Assembly: GCA_963745235.1 (NCBI GenBank)
Contig: CAVUXE010000057.1
Span: forward strand, 1 to 64,000
Source: an uncultured Spirochaetota bacterium
GTDB taxonomy: Bacteria; Spirochaetota; Spirochaetia; SZUA-6; Fen-1364
Reading direction: 5' to 3'
Length of the DNA stretch: 64,000 bases
Shown here: one piece after another, positions 43,590 to 53,282 of the stretch
Position numbering within the stretch: the first letter of the stretch is position 1
How the letters are laid out: each line of letters opens with the position of its first letter
Made by a program: the position numbers and the translations under genes
Notes under the pieces: generated by a model
What the model was told of the DNA's origin: nothing
Seen by the model: the letters and a program-made list of their open reading frames with translations, nothing else
The model's database searches: none

Positions 43590-44368
43590 TCGTCGCTCGA
43601 GTACTTTTGAGCGAGGATGCGGGCCGCGGCCTCCCGCTCTTCCGCGCTGAGGTCTGATTCCTCGGCGTGCACGCAATCTCTGAACGCGGAGGCAAAACCT
43701 GACCGCGCCTCCTCGAAGCTGAGACGTTTGCCCGCCTGCTCGTCCAGGGACGAAGGATCATGGGAATCCGCCGGTTCTTCCACGCCAAGGTAGCGGAACA
43801 CCCGCCTGCCGGGATTGCTGAGAGGAATGGAACCGTGCTGAAGGATTGCGGTCCGCGTGGTCATCTGGGCGCTGCCAATGAGCTTGCGGCCGTCACGCGC
43901 CGTTATCTCGAACTCACCGGACGAGCGAAAGCAGTCCGGGTTTCGAAGGTCTCCCTGTCGGGAGGAGTTGATCCTTGCCGCGACCCCCAGCCTGGCAAGT
44001 CCCTCCAACAGGATCCCGGCGATGAACTCGTAGACCGTCCGTTTCCGGGAGTCACCAAGGCGCTCGGCTATGAGGGTCTTCGAGAGGATGACGGAGTAGG
44101 TGAGCTCGTCGTCATGGAGCACCGCGTGTCCCCCCGTGGGCCTGCGCACCAGGGTCACGCCGTCCCGCGCGAGCAGCTCTGGAGAGTACAAGCCCTTGAT
44201 CCTCTGGAACCTGCCCAGAGAAAGCGTGGGAGGCGAGAACCCATACAGCCGTATCACCTGCCCGGATCGACCGGCGCCAACCGCCTCCGCGAGAGCCTCG
44301 TCGATGGCCATGTCGAGCCTGCCCTCCATGCGGGGGTGCAGGATGAGGCGGAAACTAATACTTTTCAC
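43571..44368 (-). CDS. Lipoate-protein ligase / octanoyltransferase (LipM-like)
   Basis: MAIDEAL, RRPTGG.AVLHD.ELTYS and RKLIGSAQ...LQHGS. Confidence 0.88.
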   Translation of the reverse strand: MKSISFRLILHPRMEGRLDMAIDEALAEAVGAGRSGQVIRLYGFSPPTLSLGRFQRIKGLYSPELLARDGVTLVRRPTGGHAVLHDDELTYSVILSKTLIAERLGDSRKRTVYEFIAGILLEGLARLGVAARINSSRQGDLRNPDCFRSSGEFEITARDGRKLIGSAQMTTRTAILQHGSIPLSNPGRRVFRYLGVEEPADSHDPSSLDEQAGKRLSFEEARSGFASAFRDCVHAEESDLSAEEREAAARILAQKYSSDEWNLAF

Positions 44369-45293
44369 CCTTCGTCTCGTCGATGTATTGCCCTGCGGCG
44401 TGGGCCGCCACGGCGCCTTCCCCTGCCGCGACGACGAGCTGGCGGAACGGGCTTGCGCGCACGTCCCCGACCGCGTACAGGCCGGGAACGCGCGTCTCCA
44501 TGCGCTGGTTCGTCTCGATGTATCCGCCATCATCAAGGGGAAGCCCCATCCCCTTCACAAGGTCGGTCCGCGGATCGGAGCCGATGAAGACGAAGACGGC
44601 CGCCACCTCCTCCTCGCACTCCTTTCCCGCCTGGTTGTCCACCAGCTTGACCTTCCTCACCACCTTGTCGCCCTCGATCTTTCGAAGCTCGGTGTTGAAG
44701 CGCACGGTAATCTTGGGGTTTGCAAGCACGCGCGCCGCCACGGCCTTCTGCGCGCGGAACCTGTCCCGCCGGTGGATCATGAGGATGGAATCAGCGAGGT
44801 GCGAAAGGTAGGTTGCCTCGTCGCAGGCGGCATCTCCCCCGCCCACCACCAGCATCCTTTTCCCCTTGAAGAAGGGGCCGTCGCAGGTTGCGCAGTAGGA
44901 TACGCCCTTTCCCGACAGCTCGGCCTCACCGGGCACCCCGAGGGTGCGGTGTTTCGCCCCCGTGGCCAGGATGACCGTCAGGGTGGTGATGGGGCCCCGG
45001 TCGGTCTCCACGACGAAAATGCCGTCCTCTTTCCTCACGGCGGACACCGCCGCATTCTCGACCTGTGCGCCGAACTTCCTGGCCTGCTCCTCCATTTTCT
45101 GGGTGAAATCGAAGCCGCTCACCGCGTCAGGGAAGCCCGGGTAGTTTTCCAGGGTGTCGATGAGGAGAGCCTGGCCGCCGGATGACAGCTCTTCCAGGAG
45201 GAGGGTGCGCAGGTTCCCCCGGGCGCCATACTGCGCGGCAGAGAGCCCGGCTCCGCCGGCTCCAATGATGATGAGGTCCTGATCCGTTGTCAC
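44355..45293 (-). CDS. trxB: Thioredoxin-disulfide reductase
   Basis: ENYPGF, GVSYCATCDG, GGGDAA, HRRD.FRA and GDVR. Confidence 0.97.
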   Translation of the reverse strand: MTTDQDLIIIGAGGAGLSAAQYGARGNLRTLLLEELSSGGQALLIDTLENYPGFPDAVSGFDFTQKMEEQARKFGAQVENAAVSAVRKEDGIFVVETDRGPITTLTVILATGAKHRTLGVPGEAELSGKGVSYCATCDGPFFKGKRMLVVGGGDAACDEATYLSHLADSILMIHRRDRFRAQKAVAARVLANPKITVRFNTELRKIEGDKVVRKVKLVDNQAGKECEEEVAAVFVFIGSDPRTDLVKGMGLPLDDGGYIETNQRMETRVPGLYAVGDVRASPFRQLVVAAGEGAVAAHAAGQYIDETKGEKY

Positions 45294-45333
45294 TGCAAAA
45301 TCTCCCGGGCGAAAAGATACCAGATTGCCGGGC

Positions 45334-45360
45334 TCATGGGAAGGAAAGTTCTACCGACAT
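45334..45360 (+). promoter_or_regulatory. Possible sigma28 promoter of the flgN operon
   Basis: TCAT-N15-ACCGACAT resembles TAAA-N15-GCCGATAA. Confidence 0.4.
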
Positions 45361-45387
45361 TGAAGGAAGATAGAGGAGCAGAAGACC

Positions 45388-45891
45388 GTGGATCAGCAGA
45401 CGACTGTCCTGGGAGAGACCCTGCGGGGGCGGATGGAGCGGGAGAAGGAGCTTTTTCTCGAGATGGGGCAGCAAGTCGAACGCCTTCGTGACTCGGTCCA
45501 GCGCAAGAGCTGGACAGCCGGGCTCGCCCTTGCCCAGGGCCTGGAGAGATTCGCCCTGACGATCGAGGAAGCTGACACCGAGCGAGACAAGGCCCTCTGC
45601 GCCCTCTGCGCCTCGCTGGGGCTTCCCGAGGACGCGGTCTTCTCTGCCGTGCTCTCACGAATGCCCGCTGGGCAGCGCAGGACGCTGGAAGAGAGCTGGC
45701 GAAACCTCCGTATGTCGGTCGTCCGGCTCGCAACGGCCACCAACCGGCTCAGGTACTTCGCGGAGGCGCTCGCGGGGACGCTCGGCAGGATTCTGGAGGA
45801 GGTTTTCCCGCATCGAAGGGGCAAGATCTATTCCCGCCGCGGCAAGGCGACCAGCGTCAACGACTCGCTCCTGGTCGACAGAAGCCTGTAG
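45388..45891 (+). CDS. flgN: Flagellar export chaperone FlgN
   Basis: Helical protein directly upstream of flgK, ending in G.IYSR.G...LLVDRSL. Confidence 0.75.
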   Translation: MDQQTTVLGETLRGRMEREKELFLEMGQQVERLRDSVQRKSWTAGLALAQGLERFALTIEEADTERDKALCALCASLGLPEDAVFSAVLSRMPAGQRRTLEESWRNLRMSVVRLATATNRLRYFAEALAGTLGRILEEVFPHRRGKIYSRRGKATSVNDSLLVDRSL

Positions 45892-45900
45892 GAGGTCAGC

Positions 45901-47778
45901 GTGCAGTCCACCTTTGCCCCCATAGAGCTCGGCAAGCGCGGGCTCGTCGCCACGACCCAGGGGATACAGACCGTCGGTCACAACCTTTCCAACGCGTCCG
46001 TCGAAGGATACAGCAGGCAGCGCGTCGAGATGACTGCCAGCCCTCCGCTGTACGAGCCGCAGCTCAACCGCGAGCTCACCCCCGGCCAGATCGGCCAGGG
46101 CGTCGAGGTGTCACGGATCGAGCGTGTCAGGGACATGCTGCTGGAGGGCAGGATCGTTTCCGAGCAGAACATGCAGGGCTACTGGGACGCCCGGGACAAG
46201 TACATCCTCATGATGGAGCAGGTCTACAACGAGCCGACAGATCATTCCGTGCGGACCCTCATGGACAGGTTCTGGGGGTCGTGGCAGGAGCTTTCGATCA
46301 ATCCTACGGACATGGCGGCCCGGCGGTCAGTTCTGGAAAAGGGCAAATCTCTCATCGACGGCATCCACGAGCGGTATGCCCGGCTCAAGGGCATCCGGGA
46401 CATGCTGGACGATGATGTGCGCGGCACCGTGAAGCAGGTCAACGAGCTCACGACGGAAATTGCCGGCTTGAACAAGCAGATTCAGAAGATCCAGGCCCTC
46501 GGGGACAACCCCAACGACCTCAAGGACCGAAGGGATCTCCTGGTAGGCAGGCTGTCGGACCTCGTCGACATCTCCGTAACGTACAACGATCCGGCCGGGG
46601 AGCTCGTCATAGCCACGGGCGGCATGCACATCGTGCAGGGAGCCCACCACGAGGTGATCGGGCTGGATCCCGACAAGACGGACGAGGGATACTCGAAGCT
46701 CGTGTGGGACGACACTCGCGGACCCGTGAACCTCCGCGGCGGCAAGCTCGCCTCCCTGGTGCAGCTGCGCGACGGGGACGCCCGCACGGAGATCCAGAGC
46801 CTGGACCTCATGACGGTGAACTTTGTCGACCTCGTGAACGAGATCCACCGCAAGGGCTTCGGCCTGAACGGGCAGACGGGAACCGACTTCTTCGTGGAGA
46901 GGCCATTCGTCTTCGACGTTGCCGGCAACTACGACCGGACGGGCAAAGGCGTCTTCGATTCCACGTGGCTCTTCAGGGTCACCGGCGCAAACGAGCTCAA
47001 GCCCACGGACCTCATCGGCCTGGCCGGGACCATCACGCTCCCCGGGCGCCAGGGAAACGTGACGGTGGACTACCATCCCACGGACACCGTCGAGGATCTC
47101 ATCACGCGCATCAACCTTTCCGGCTCGGAGGTGGTGGCACGCCTGAACTCGGACGGGAAGCTTTCCCTCAAGGCCGTGCCGGCGGCTGACAACCGAAACC
47201 CCGATTTCGTCCTGCGTGGCATCGAGGACTCGGGGCAGTTCCTTGTCGGCTACAGCGGCATCCTGCGTCAGCCGGGCGCGGCGGGGGCATATTCGTGGAA
47301 CCAGGCAAACGCGGTGCAGGCGCTTCGCCCGGATGCGCAGTTTGCGGTGGCTCCCCTGGCCCATCCGGCGGGCTGGATCAGCGTGAACGACCGCGTGGTG
47401 GAGGACCCGGGGACCATCGCGGCCGCCTCCGGGACGGCGGGGGTTTCGAACGGGATCGGAGACGGAACGGCTGCGCTCGCCATTGCGCAGCTTCGGACCA
47501 CGCCGGTGATGGTCGGATCGGTCTCGACATTCGACGGCTATTTCGCGGACAGGGTTGCGGCCGTCGGCCTGAAGGGTGACGAAGCATCGCGGAGCATGGA
47601 CACCACGAAGCTCGTGATGAAGGAGCTGAAGGACATGCGGGAGTCACTGTCGGGGGTGAACCAGGATGAGGAGCTCACCAAGATGATCACCTACCAGAAC
47701 GCCTACTCCGCCATCGCCCGGTTCGTGACAACCTTCGACCAGATGCTGCAAGTCATCATCAACAGGATGGGTGTGTAA
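45901..47778 (+). CDS. flgK: Flagellar hook-associated protein FlgK
   Basis: GHNLSNA..EGYSRQRV, NDL.DRRD and SGVN.DEEL..MI.YQ.AY.A.AR. Confidence 0.97.
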   Translation: MQSTFAPIELGKRGLVATTQGIQTVGHNLSNASVEGYSRQRVEMTASPPLYEPQLNRELTPGQIGQGVEVSRIERVRDMLLEGRIVSEQNMQGYWDARDKYILMMEQVYNEPTDHSVRTLMDRFWGSWQELSINPTDMAARRSVLEKGKSLIDGIHERYARLKGIRDMLDDDVRGTVKQVNELTTEIAGLNKQIQKIQALGDNPNDLKDRRDLLVGRLSDLVDISVTYNDPAGELVIATGGMHIVQGAHHEVIGLDPDKTDEGYSKLVWDDTRGPVNLRGGKLASLVQLRDGDARTEIQSLDLMTVNFVDLVNEIHRKGFGLNGQTGTDFFVERPFVFDVAGNYDRTGKGVFDSTWLFRVTGANELKPTDLIGLAGTITLPGRQGNVTVDYHPTDTVEDLITRINLSGSEVVARLNSDGKLSLKAVPAADNRNPDFVLRGIEDSGQFLVGYSGILRQPGAAGAYSWNQANAVQALRPDAQFAVAPLAHPAGWISVNDRVVEDPGTIAAASGTAGVSNGIGDGTAALAIAQLRTTPVMVGSVSTFDGYFADRVAAVGLKGDEASRSMDTTKLVMKELKDMRESLSGVNQDEELTKMITYQNAYSAIARFVTTFDQMLQVIINRMGV

Positions 47779-47788
47779 GGGGACCTGA

Positions 47789-49039
47789 ATGAAACGGATA
47801 AGCTCACAGTTGCCCACATACGACAGCAACTACTATACGCGCCTGCGCGAGTATGACATGAACGAGATGTACGGGAAGATCGGCGGGCAGACGCGCATCA
47901 GCAAGCTGCGTGACGACCCGATGGCCGCCTCGCGCTCGACGCGCTTCCAGTCGGAGATCCTGCGCAACGAGCGCTACGGGAAGAACGTGGAGAGCGTCCG
48001 CGGCACCATCGCCACGGCGGAGGGAGACCTGCGCAGCGCCATGGACGTCCTGCAGCGCATTCGTGAGCTGGGCGTGCAGGGGGCGAACGGCACGCTGGAC
48101 AAGACGCAGATGGGGTATCTCGGCCAGGAGGTGGATCAGCTCCTGGGGGAGCTTCTCACCGTCGCCAATACCAAGGACCAGAACGGCAACTATCTCTTCG
48201 CGGGGACCGCGTCACGGACGACGCCATTCAGGCTGACCATGGGGCGCGTGGCGGGGGGAGACGGTGACAAGGTGGTCTCCGTCGACTACATGGGGAACAT
48301 CGGGCGGAACGCCGCGGAGATCTCCGAGGGGGCCCAGGTGGGGATCAACCTGCCGGGCAACGTCGCTTTCTGGGCGGAGCAGCAGCAGATCTATTCGACG
48401 GTGGACGGGAGCCAGTACCGCGTGCAAAGAGATCAGTCCATCCGGATCGACGGCACAGAGATCCACCTCGCCACCGGCGACACGTTGAGCGCCGTTGCGG
48501 CGAAGATCAACGACGCGAGCGTCCCCGTGCGGGCCCGCATAGATCCCGTGGCGGGCGCCCTGGTGCTTGAAACCACGGTGGCCCACCAGATCTGGGCGGA
48601 AGACCTGGGCGGCGGCACGGTGCTCCAGGACCTCGGGATCCTTGCCCCCGGCGGAAGCCACCCGCCTCTCAACGTCGCCCAGAGCGCCCGCGTTTTCGGG
48701 GGATCGATCTTCGACATGGTGATTGCCCTGCGAAACGCACTCTACGAGGGCTCCTCGGAGAAAGTCAGCACGGCGGGCCTTCGCGGCCTGGAGAGCTCGA
48801 TCACCAACATGGCCGGCGTCCTGGGCGATATTGGCGCGCGGGACAACCGCCTGGAGGCAACGGCCAAGAGGCTGGAATACGAGAAGCCGGTGCTGGTGGG
48901 GTTCGATTCCCAGGAACGGGACCTGGACATGGCGGATGCGATAACGCAGCTGAAGACGCTGGAGTACACCCAGGAGGCGGCGCTGTCCGCCACTGCGCGG
49001 GCCCTGAACCGCCCGAAGCTCCTCGATTTCCTGAGGTAG
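47789..49039 (+). CDS. flgL: Flagellar hook-associated protein FlgL
   Basis: RIS, DDP.AA, GANGT, GNYLFAG and LLDFLR. Confidence 0.95.
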   Translation: MKRISSQLPTYDSNYYTRLREYDMNEMYGKIGGQTRISKLRDDPMAASRSTRFQSEILRNERYGKNVESVRGTIATAEGDLRSAMDVLQRIRELGVQGANGTLDKTQMGYLGQEVDQLLGELLTVANTKDQNGNYLFAGTASRTTPFRLTMGRVAGGDGDKVVSVDYMGNIGRNAAEISEGAQVGINLPGNVAFWAEQQQIYSTVDGSQYRVQRDQSIRIDGTEIHLATGDTLSAVAAKINDASVPVRARIDPVAGALVLETTVAHQIWAEDLGGGTVLQDLGILAPGGSHPPLNVAQSARVFGGSIFDMVIALRNALYEGSSEKVSTAGLRGLESSITNMAGVLGDIGARDNRLEATAKRLEYEKPVLVGFDSQERDLDMADAITQLKTLEYTQEAALSATARALNRPKLLDFLR

Positions 49040-49042
49040 CAG

Positions 49043-49495
49043 ATGACGATGAAGATCCGCACCAAGCCATACGGCGAGATGGAGATTGCAGACAGGCAGA
49101 GGCTCATCTTTCCCCGGGGCATCTTCGGGTTCGAGGAGTTGCGTGAGTTCGCGCTCCTGGACTCCGCCCAGACCCCGTTCTACTGGCTGCAGTCCCTGCA
49201 GCGCGTGGAGATTGCCTTCGTCCTGATAGACCCGCACTTCTTCCGTCCCGACTACACTCCGGACGTGGATCCCGCGGAGCTGCAGGAGATCGAGATCCGG
49301 GGCCCCGAAGACATGCTCGTCTTCGCCATCGTTACAATCCCCGAGGACTCCTCACGCATGACGGCCAACCTCCAGGGACCCCTCCTCATCAACAGGCGCA
49401 CCAGCGTCGGGCGCCAGTCCATCAGCACCAATCCGCTCTGGGGTGTGCGCCACACCATCCTCGAGGAGCTGGCGCTCGCGCGACGGGGAGCCTGA
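49043..49495 (+). CDS. fliW: Flagellar assembly factor FliW
   Basis: FPRGIFGFE, FYWLQS and MTANLQGPL.IN. Confidence 0.95.
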   Translation: MTMKIRTKPYGEMEIADRQRLIFPRGIFGFEELREFALLDSAQTPFYWLQSLQRVEIAFVLIDPHFFRPDYTPDVDPAELQEIEIRGPEDMLVFAIVTIPEDSSRMTANLQGPLLINRRTSVGRQSISTNPLWGVRHTILEELALARRGA

Positions 49496-49873
49496 TGCTG
49501 ATCCTTGCGCGGCGGATCGGTGAAAGCATCATGGTCGGGGACCAGGTGGAGATCTCCGTTGTCGACATCAAGGGAGATCAGGTGAAGCTTGGCATCAATG
49601 CTCCCTCCCAGGTGAAGGTGTACCGGCGCGAGGTGTACTCCGCCATCCAGGAGGAGAACCGTGCCGCGGCCGCGGCCGCCCCCCGGAGCCTCCCGCATAT
49701 CGAGGGTCTGCTGGAGAAAAAGGAGAGCACGGAAGGGTCCAAAGGGGCCCCCGGGAAGGGCTCCCCAAGGGGCCCCCAGGGAAGGGCCCAAGGGCGATCC
49801 GCGGGAAGGGCCCAAGGGCGGCAGTCGAGACGAGCCGAAGCCGGGCCCTACGGGGAATCCACGAGCCCGCTGA
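49495..49873 (+). CDS. csrA: Carbon storage regulator CsrA with repetitive C-terminal tail (end uncertain: 49873 or 49974)
   Basis: MLILARRIGESIMVGD...VKLGI.AP..V.VYR.EVY..IQEEN, followed by a tail of imperfect 24-bp repeats. Confidence 0.92.
49728..49850 (+). repeat. About five imperfect 24-bp tandem repeats (REGPKGxP-like)
   Basis: GGAAGGG(T/C)CCAA(A)GGG recurs at roughly 24-26 bp spacing. Confidence 0.8.
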
Positions 49874-50981
49874 AGATCTGGTCGAAACGGTCCGCAATTT
49901 CCAGGAACCTGTCCGCGAGGAAAGGATCGAAGTGCGTTGCCCGTTCCGCGCGGATGGTCTCCACCGCCCTCTGATGGGTGAAAGCCTCCTTGTACGGGCG
50001 ACGCATCCGCAGCGCGTCGTAAACGTCCGCCAGGGCGACAATGCGGGCGGACAGCGGAATAAGGTCCTCGTTCAGGCCGTGGGGGTAGCCGGTGCCGTCC
50101 CAGCGCTCGTGGTGGCGCAGGGCAATCTCGCTGGCCATGGGGTTGGGATAGGTTGAGAGGATGTACGCCCCGTTCTTCGTGTGCTCCTTCATCACTTCCC
50201 ATTCCCAGCTCTCCAGGGGGCCAGCCTTGTTGAGGATGTCGTCAGGAGTCCCGATCTTCCCCATGTCATGCAGTGCGGCCACCTGGCCGATGCTCTCCAC
50301 GAACTGCTGATCCACCTCCGGAGTCTCAGCTCGTCCATGGAGGTCTTCTGCGAGAGCCCGGGCGTAGAGATCCACTCTTTCGACATGATACCCCGTGTCG
50401 TTGTCCTTGAGACGCGCCGCCTGCAGGAGGCTGGCGAACGTGTTCTGGAGCAGCTGACGGTATTCCGTTGAAATGTCGAGGCAGACGGCGCAGAACGCGC
50501 GCGGCTGCTCCAGCATCGCGTGCGCGGCGATGGTGCCAGCCTGCGCCGTTGATGAGACGGGGAGGACCCATATCTTGGATACATTGAGGAGCTGATCCAC
50601 GCCTGTCTTTTCCACCCGTCCGTTCCACATGAAGCCGGTGGCCGGAGAGAGGATTGCGCGGAAGAGCTCGCTGCTTCGTTTCTCATCGAAGAACGAGGCA
50701 TAGAACTGGGTAAAGTACTGGCCCAGGACCTCCTCCCCGCACCCGAACAGGAGGCAGAAGCTCTCGTTCGCCGTGATGATCTTCAGGCTGCCGTCGAGAA
50801 AGAGGCTTGGGATCCGTTCGGTGAGGAAGCTTGTCTTCCATTGACGAAACTCAGCGGAGTCGAGGATCGAGGTGCCTTCGCTCTTCCCCGTCGAAAGCTC
50901 ATCCAGGCTTTCTACATCGACCGCCTGGTCCACCCCAGGCTCACTGTTCGTTTCATCCATTGCCTTTTCCCGCTCATTCAC
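49848..50981 (-). CDS. PAS + HD-GYP cyclic-dinucleotide phosphodiesterase
   Basis: D.DTG.HVERV, LHDMGKIG, HHERWDGTGYP and ADVYDAL...RPYK. Confidence 0.92.
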   Translation of the reverse strand: MNEREKAMDETNSEPGVDQAVDVESLDELSTGKSEGTSILDSAEFRQWKTSFLTERIPSLFLDGSLKIITANESFCLLFGCGEEVLGQYFTQFYASFFDEKRSSELFRAILSPATGFMWNGRVEKTGVDQLLNVSKIWVLPVSSTAQAGTIAAHAMLEQPRAFCAVCLDISTEYRQLLQNTFASLLQAARLKDNDTGYHVERVDLYARALAEDLHGRAETPEVDQQFVESIGQVAALHDMGKIGTPDDILNKAGPLESWEWEVMKEHTKNGAYILSTYPNPMASEIALRHHERWDGTGYPHGLNEDLIPLSARIVALADVYDALRMRRPYKEAFTHQRAVETIRAERATHFDPFLADRFLEIADRFDQIFSGLVDSP

Positions 50982-51649
50982 ATCCCGCTCGCAATCTCTG
51001 CTTCGCTCTTCCTGAGGTACAGGGGGCGCAGGGGGAGGGGGTCAGCTCCTTCCCTTTCCATCTTTGCCACTCCGAGGCGCAGGAGCGCCCGCGGGTCCAG
51101 GAGCTCCGCGCACGGCACCGCGCCGGCCGGTTCTCCCAGGAGCGCCCGGATCCTGCACGCATCAGGACCGGCAAGAAGCGGGTCTTTCGCCGAAACAAGC
51201 CGCGCGGCCAGCGCCGCCGGCGTCAGATCCAGGTAATCGCTGCGACGCGTCCCCGCAATGAAGAGAGCCGTGTAAATCTTGCCTTTGCGGGCGTCGATGA
51301 CAGCATACACCTCCCCCGCGCGGGATTGCCAGGGCTCTGCAATCGCATCAAGGGTGGAGACTCCCACCACGGGGATCCCGCGCGCGCTGGAGATCCCCAG
51401 AGCGGTGGCAAGCCCGATACGTATCCCCGTGAAGGAGCCGGGCCCAATGGAGCAGACGATGAGATCCAGGCTGGCGGCCGTGAGGCCGAGGCGGACGAGG
51501 AGCGTATCCACCAGGGGGAGAAGGGAAGGTGAGTGCTGAAGGCCCTGCCGGAGGGCAAGAGAAGCCCATGCTCCGGAAGCGCACACGCTGATTGCAAGCA
51601 CCTCCGTGGAGGTGTCCACGGCGAGAACGTTGCCGTTCACGTGATGCAT
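50978..51649 (-). CDS. tsaB: tRNA t6A biosynthesis protein TsaB
   Basis: LAVDTS, GPGSFTGIRIG, IDARK and PLYLR.SEAE. Confidence 0.95.
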   Translation of the reverse strand: MHHVNGNVLAVDTSTEVLAISVCASGAWASLALRQGLQHSPSLLPLVDTLLVRLGLTAASLDLIVCSIGPGSFTGIRIGLATALGISSARGIPVVGVSTLDAIAEPWQSRAGEVYAVIDARKGKIYTALFIAGTRRSDYLDLTPAALAARLVSAKDPLLAGPDACRIRALLGEPAGAVPCAELLDPRALLRLGVAKMEREGADPLPLRPLYLRKSEAEIASGM

Positions 51650-52110
51650 TCCTCCACAAGGATGTCGCGGCCGCCGTCCGGGGCCAGTCCGACAGAAATG
51701 CGGGTATGGGGGACGTCAAGCGGCTCCAGCTTTTCTCCCCATTCGACCACGACAATCGAATCCCCGCGCAGAATGTCCTCAAGGCCGAGATTCTCCATCT
51801 GGTCCCGGCCATCTATCCGATACAGGTCGACGTGATACAACGTGACTCCCTGGCTTCGATACTCCGAGATGATGGTGTAGGTGGGGCTCGAGATTTCCTC
51901 CCGGATACCGAGCCCGCGGGCCATTCCCTTTGCAAGGACTGTCTTGCCTGCTCCCAGGGGGCCAATCAGCAGCACGACTGCCCCGGGGGAGAGCGCGGCA
52001 CCCAGCCGTTCACCGAGGGCGAGGGTGTCCCCTGGTGCGGCGCAGTGATGCCGGGCTGAGGACAGAGTACTCACGGTCGGCAGAGTAGTGGAAACGTATC
52101 CGGCGGTCAA
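51637..52110 (-). CDS. tsaE: tRNA t6A ATPase TsaE (start may be GTG 52074)
   Basis: GPLGAGKT, SPTYTI, H.DLYR and VEW. Confidence 0.95.
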   Translation of the reverse strand: MTAGYVSTTLPTVSTLSSARHHCAAPGDTLALGERLGAALSPGAVVLLIGPLGAGKTVLAKGMARGLGIREEISSPTYTIISEYRSQGVTLYHVDLYRIDGRDQMENLGLEDILRGDSIVVVEWGEKLEPLDVPHTRISVGLAPDGGRDILVEECIT

Positions 52111-52121
52111 TGGCGGCCGTC

Positions 52122-53282
52122 TCAGCCAGCGCGCCGGGGGATTGTCCTCTGGACTTGTTGCCTGGCCTGCGCGACCGTCGTTGGCCTGCTGAAGTTGTAC
52201 ACGAACTCACTGATGCGGTTCAGGTGCTGGCGGGTGACCTTGGTGAACATGACGTGCATGGAGCCGCCGCGTCCTATCTTTCGGCGGGCGCTCATCACCT
52301 TGCCGAACGCCCGGATCGGCGCTTTGCGGTCGATATCGAACTCCACCATGACGAGCTTTCCCTTTTCGAAGGGTTTCGTGGTCTGGATTGCGCAGCCGCC
52401 CGCGGAGAGATCGACGACGGTTCCCAGCGCGCGCATGCTCCTCTCCACGCTCGCCTTCTTCTGCATCGTGCGGCCCTCCATGACTTCCGTGATGCGGATG
52501 GGGTAGAAGAAGCAGGAGCGCATAAGCTCCCGGCGCCTGCTCCTGCGGCGCTGCTCCCGCCGGATGGTCTTTGAGTGCTGGATGAGCACGCAGGAGATCC
52601 CCTTGACGGTGTCATACCCCAGCACCTTGGAGGGGAAGGAATAGCCGGCGTCGTTGTCGCGCCAGAGATACACGGAAAGGCCCGTCCCGCGCATCCACCT
52701 CGTGTCGGCTCCGGCCGTGGCCTGCGGCGCCGCCACGGTGAGGAAATCCTTCATGTTGGAGACGAGCCTGCTCGCGAAGGGGCTTCCGCCCTGCGGCGTG
52801 ATTGTCAGGACCTGCCCGGGCTTCAGCAGGATGGTCGAGCTCAGCGTGGCCCCGCGGCGCGCGTTTCGCTCGATGATCTGCTTGATCTGGAAGATGATGG
52901 CGGCGCGCTTTTCCCGCTCCTCCTCCGTGACGCCCCGCGCATTCTGGAGCGAGTAGAGGCCTTTCTTCAGGGTGTCGTCCAGAAGCCCGACGCTCGTGAA
53001 GACCAGGGTCGGCTGCTTGACCTTGCATGCGACAACCAGGTTTTCCAGCATGTCGACGTGCGCCGGAGGCAGGCCGAGGGACTTGGCGGTGCGGCGGAAC
53101 GCCGTGCTGGAATAGCGGGCCTCGTCGGCCGCCGTGCGCGGCCGGCTCCTGCGGTTGATGACGGCCGCAACCAGGATGAGCAGCGCGACACCGGCAATCA
53201 CCGCCGCGAAGGAAATGATGATGCTTCGCGAGCTGCTTCCCGGGCCGCCCAGGAACTGGTAGGCCGTCTGCAGCGCTATCAT
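52122..53282 (-). CDS. Membrane-anchored PilZ-domain (flagellar brake-like) protein
   Basis: N-terminal TM segment, QRRRSRR and DLSAGG. Confidence 0.88.
   Translation of the reverse strand: MIALQTAYQFLGGPGSSSRSIIISFAAVIAGVALLILVAAVINRRSRPRTAADEARYSSTAFRRTAKSLGLPPAHVDMLENLVVACKVKQPTLVFTSVGLLDDTLKKGLYSLQNARGVTEEEREKRAAIIFQIKQIIERNARRGATLSSTILLKPGQVLTITPQGGSPFASRLVSNMKDFLTVAAPQATAGADTRWMRGTGLSVYLWRDNDAGYSFPSKVLGYDTVKGISCVLIQHSKTIRREQRRRSRRRELMRSCFFYPIRITEVMEGRTMQKKASVERSMRALGTVVDLSAGGCAIQTTKPFEKGKLVMVEFDIDRKAPIRAFGKVMSARRKIGRGGSMHVMFTKVTRQHLNRISEFVYNFSRPTTVAQARQQVQRTIPRRAG

Noticed and set aside
49874-49974. CsrA extending 127 bp into the convergent HD-GYP gene
   Set aside because: Probably caused by homopolymer indels in the repeat tail; the repeat-preserving frame stops at 49873.
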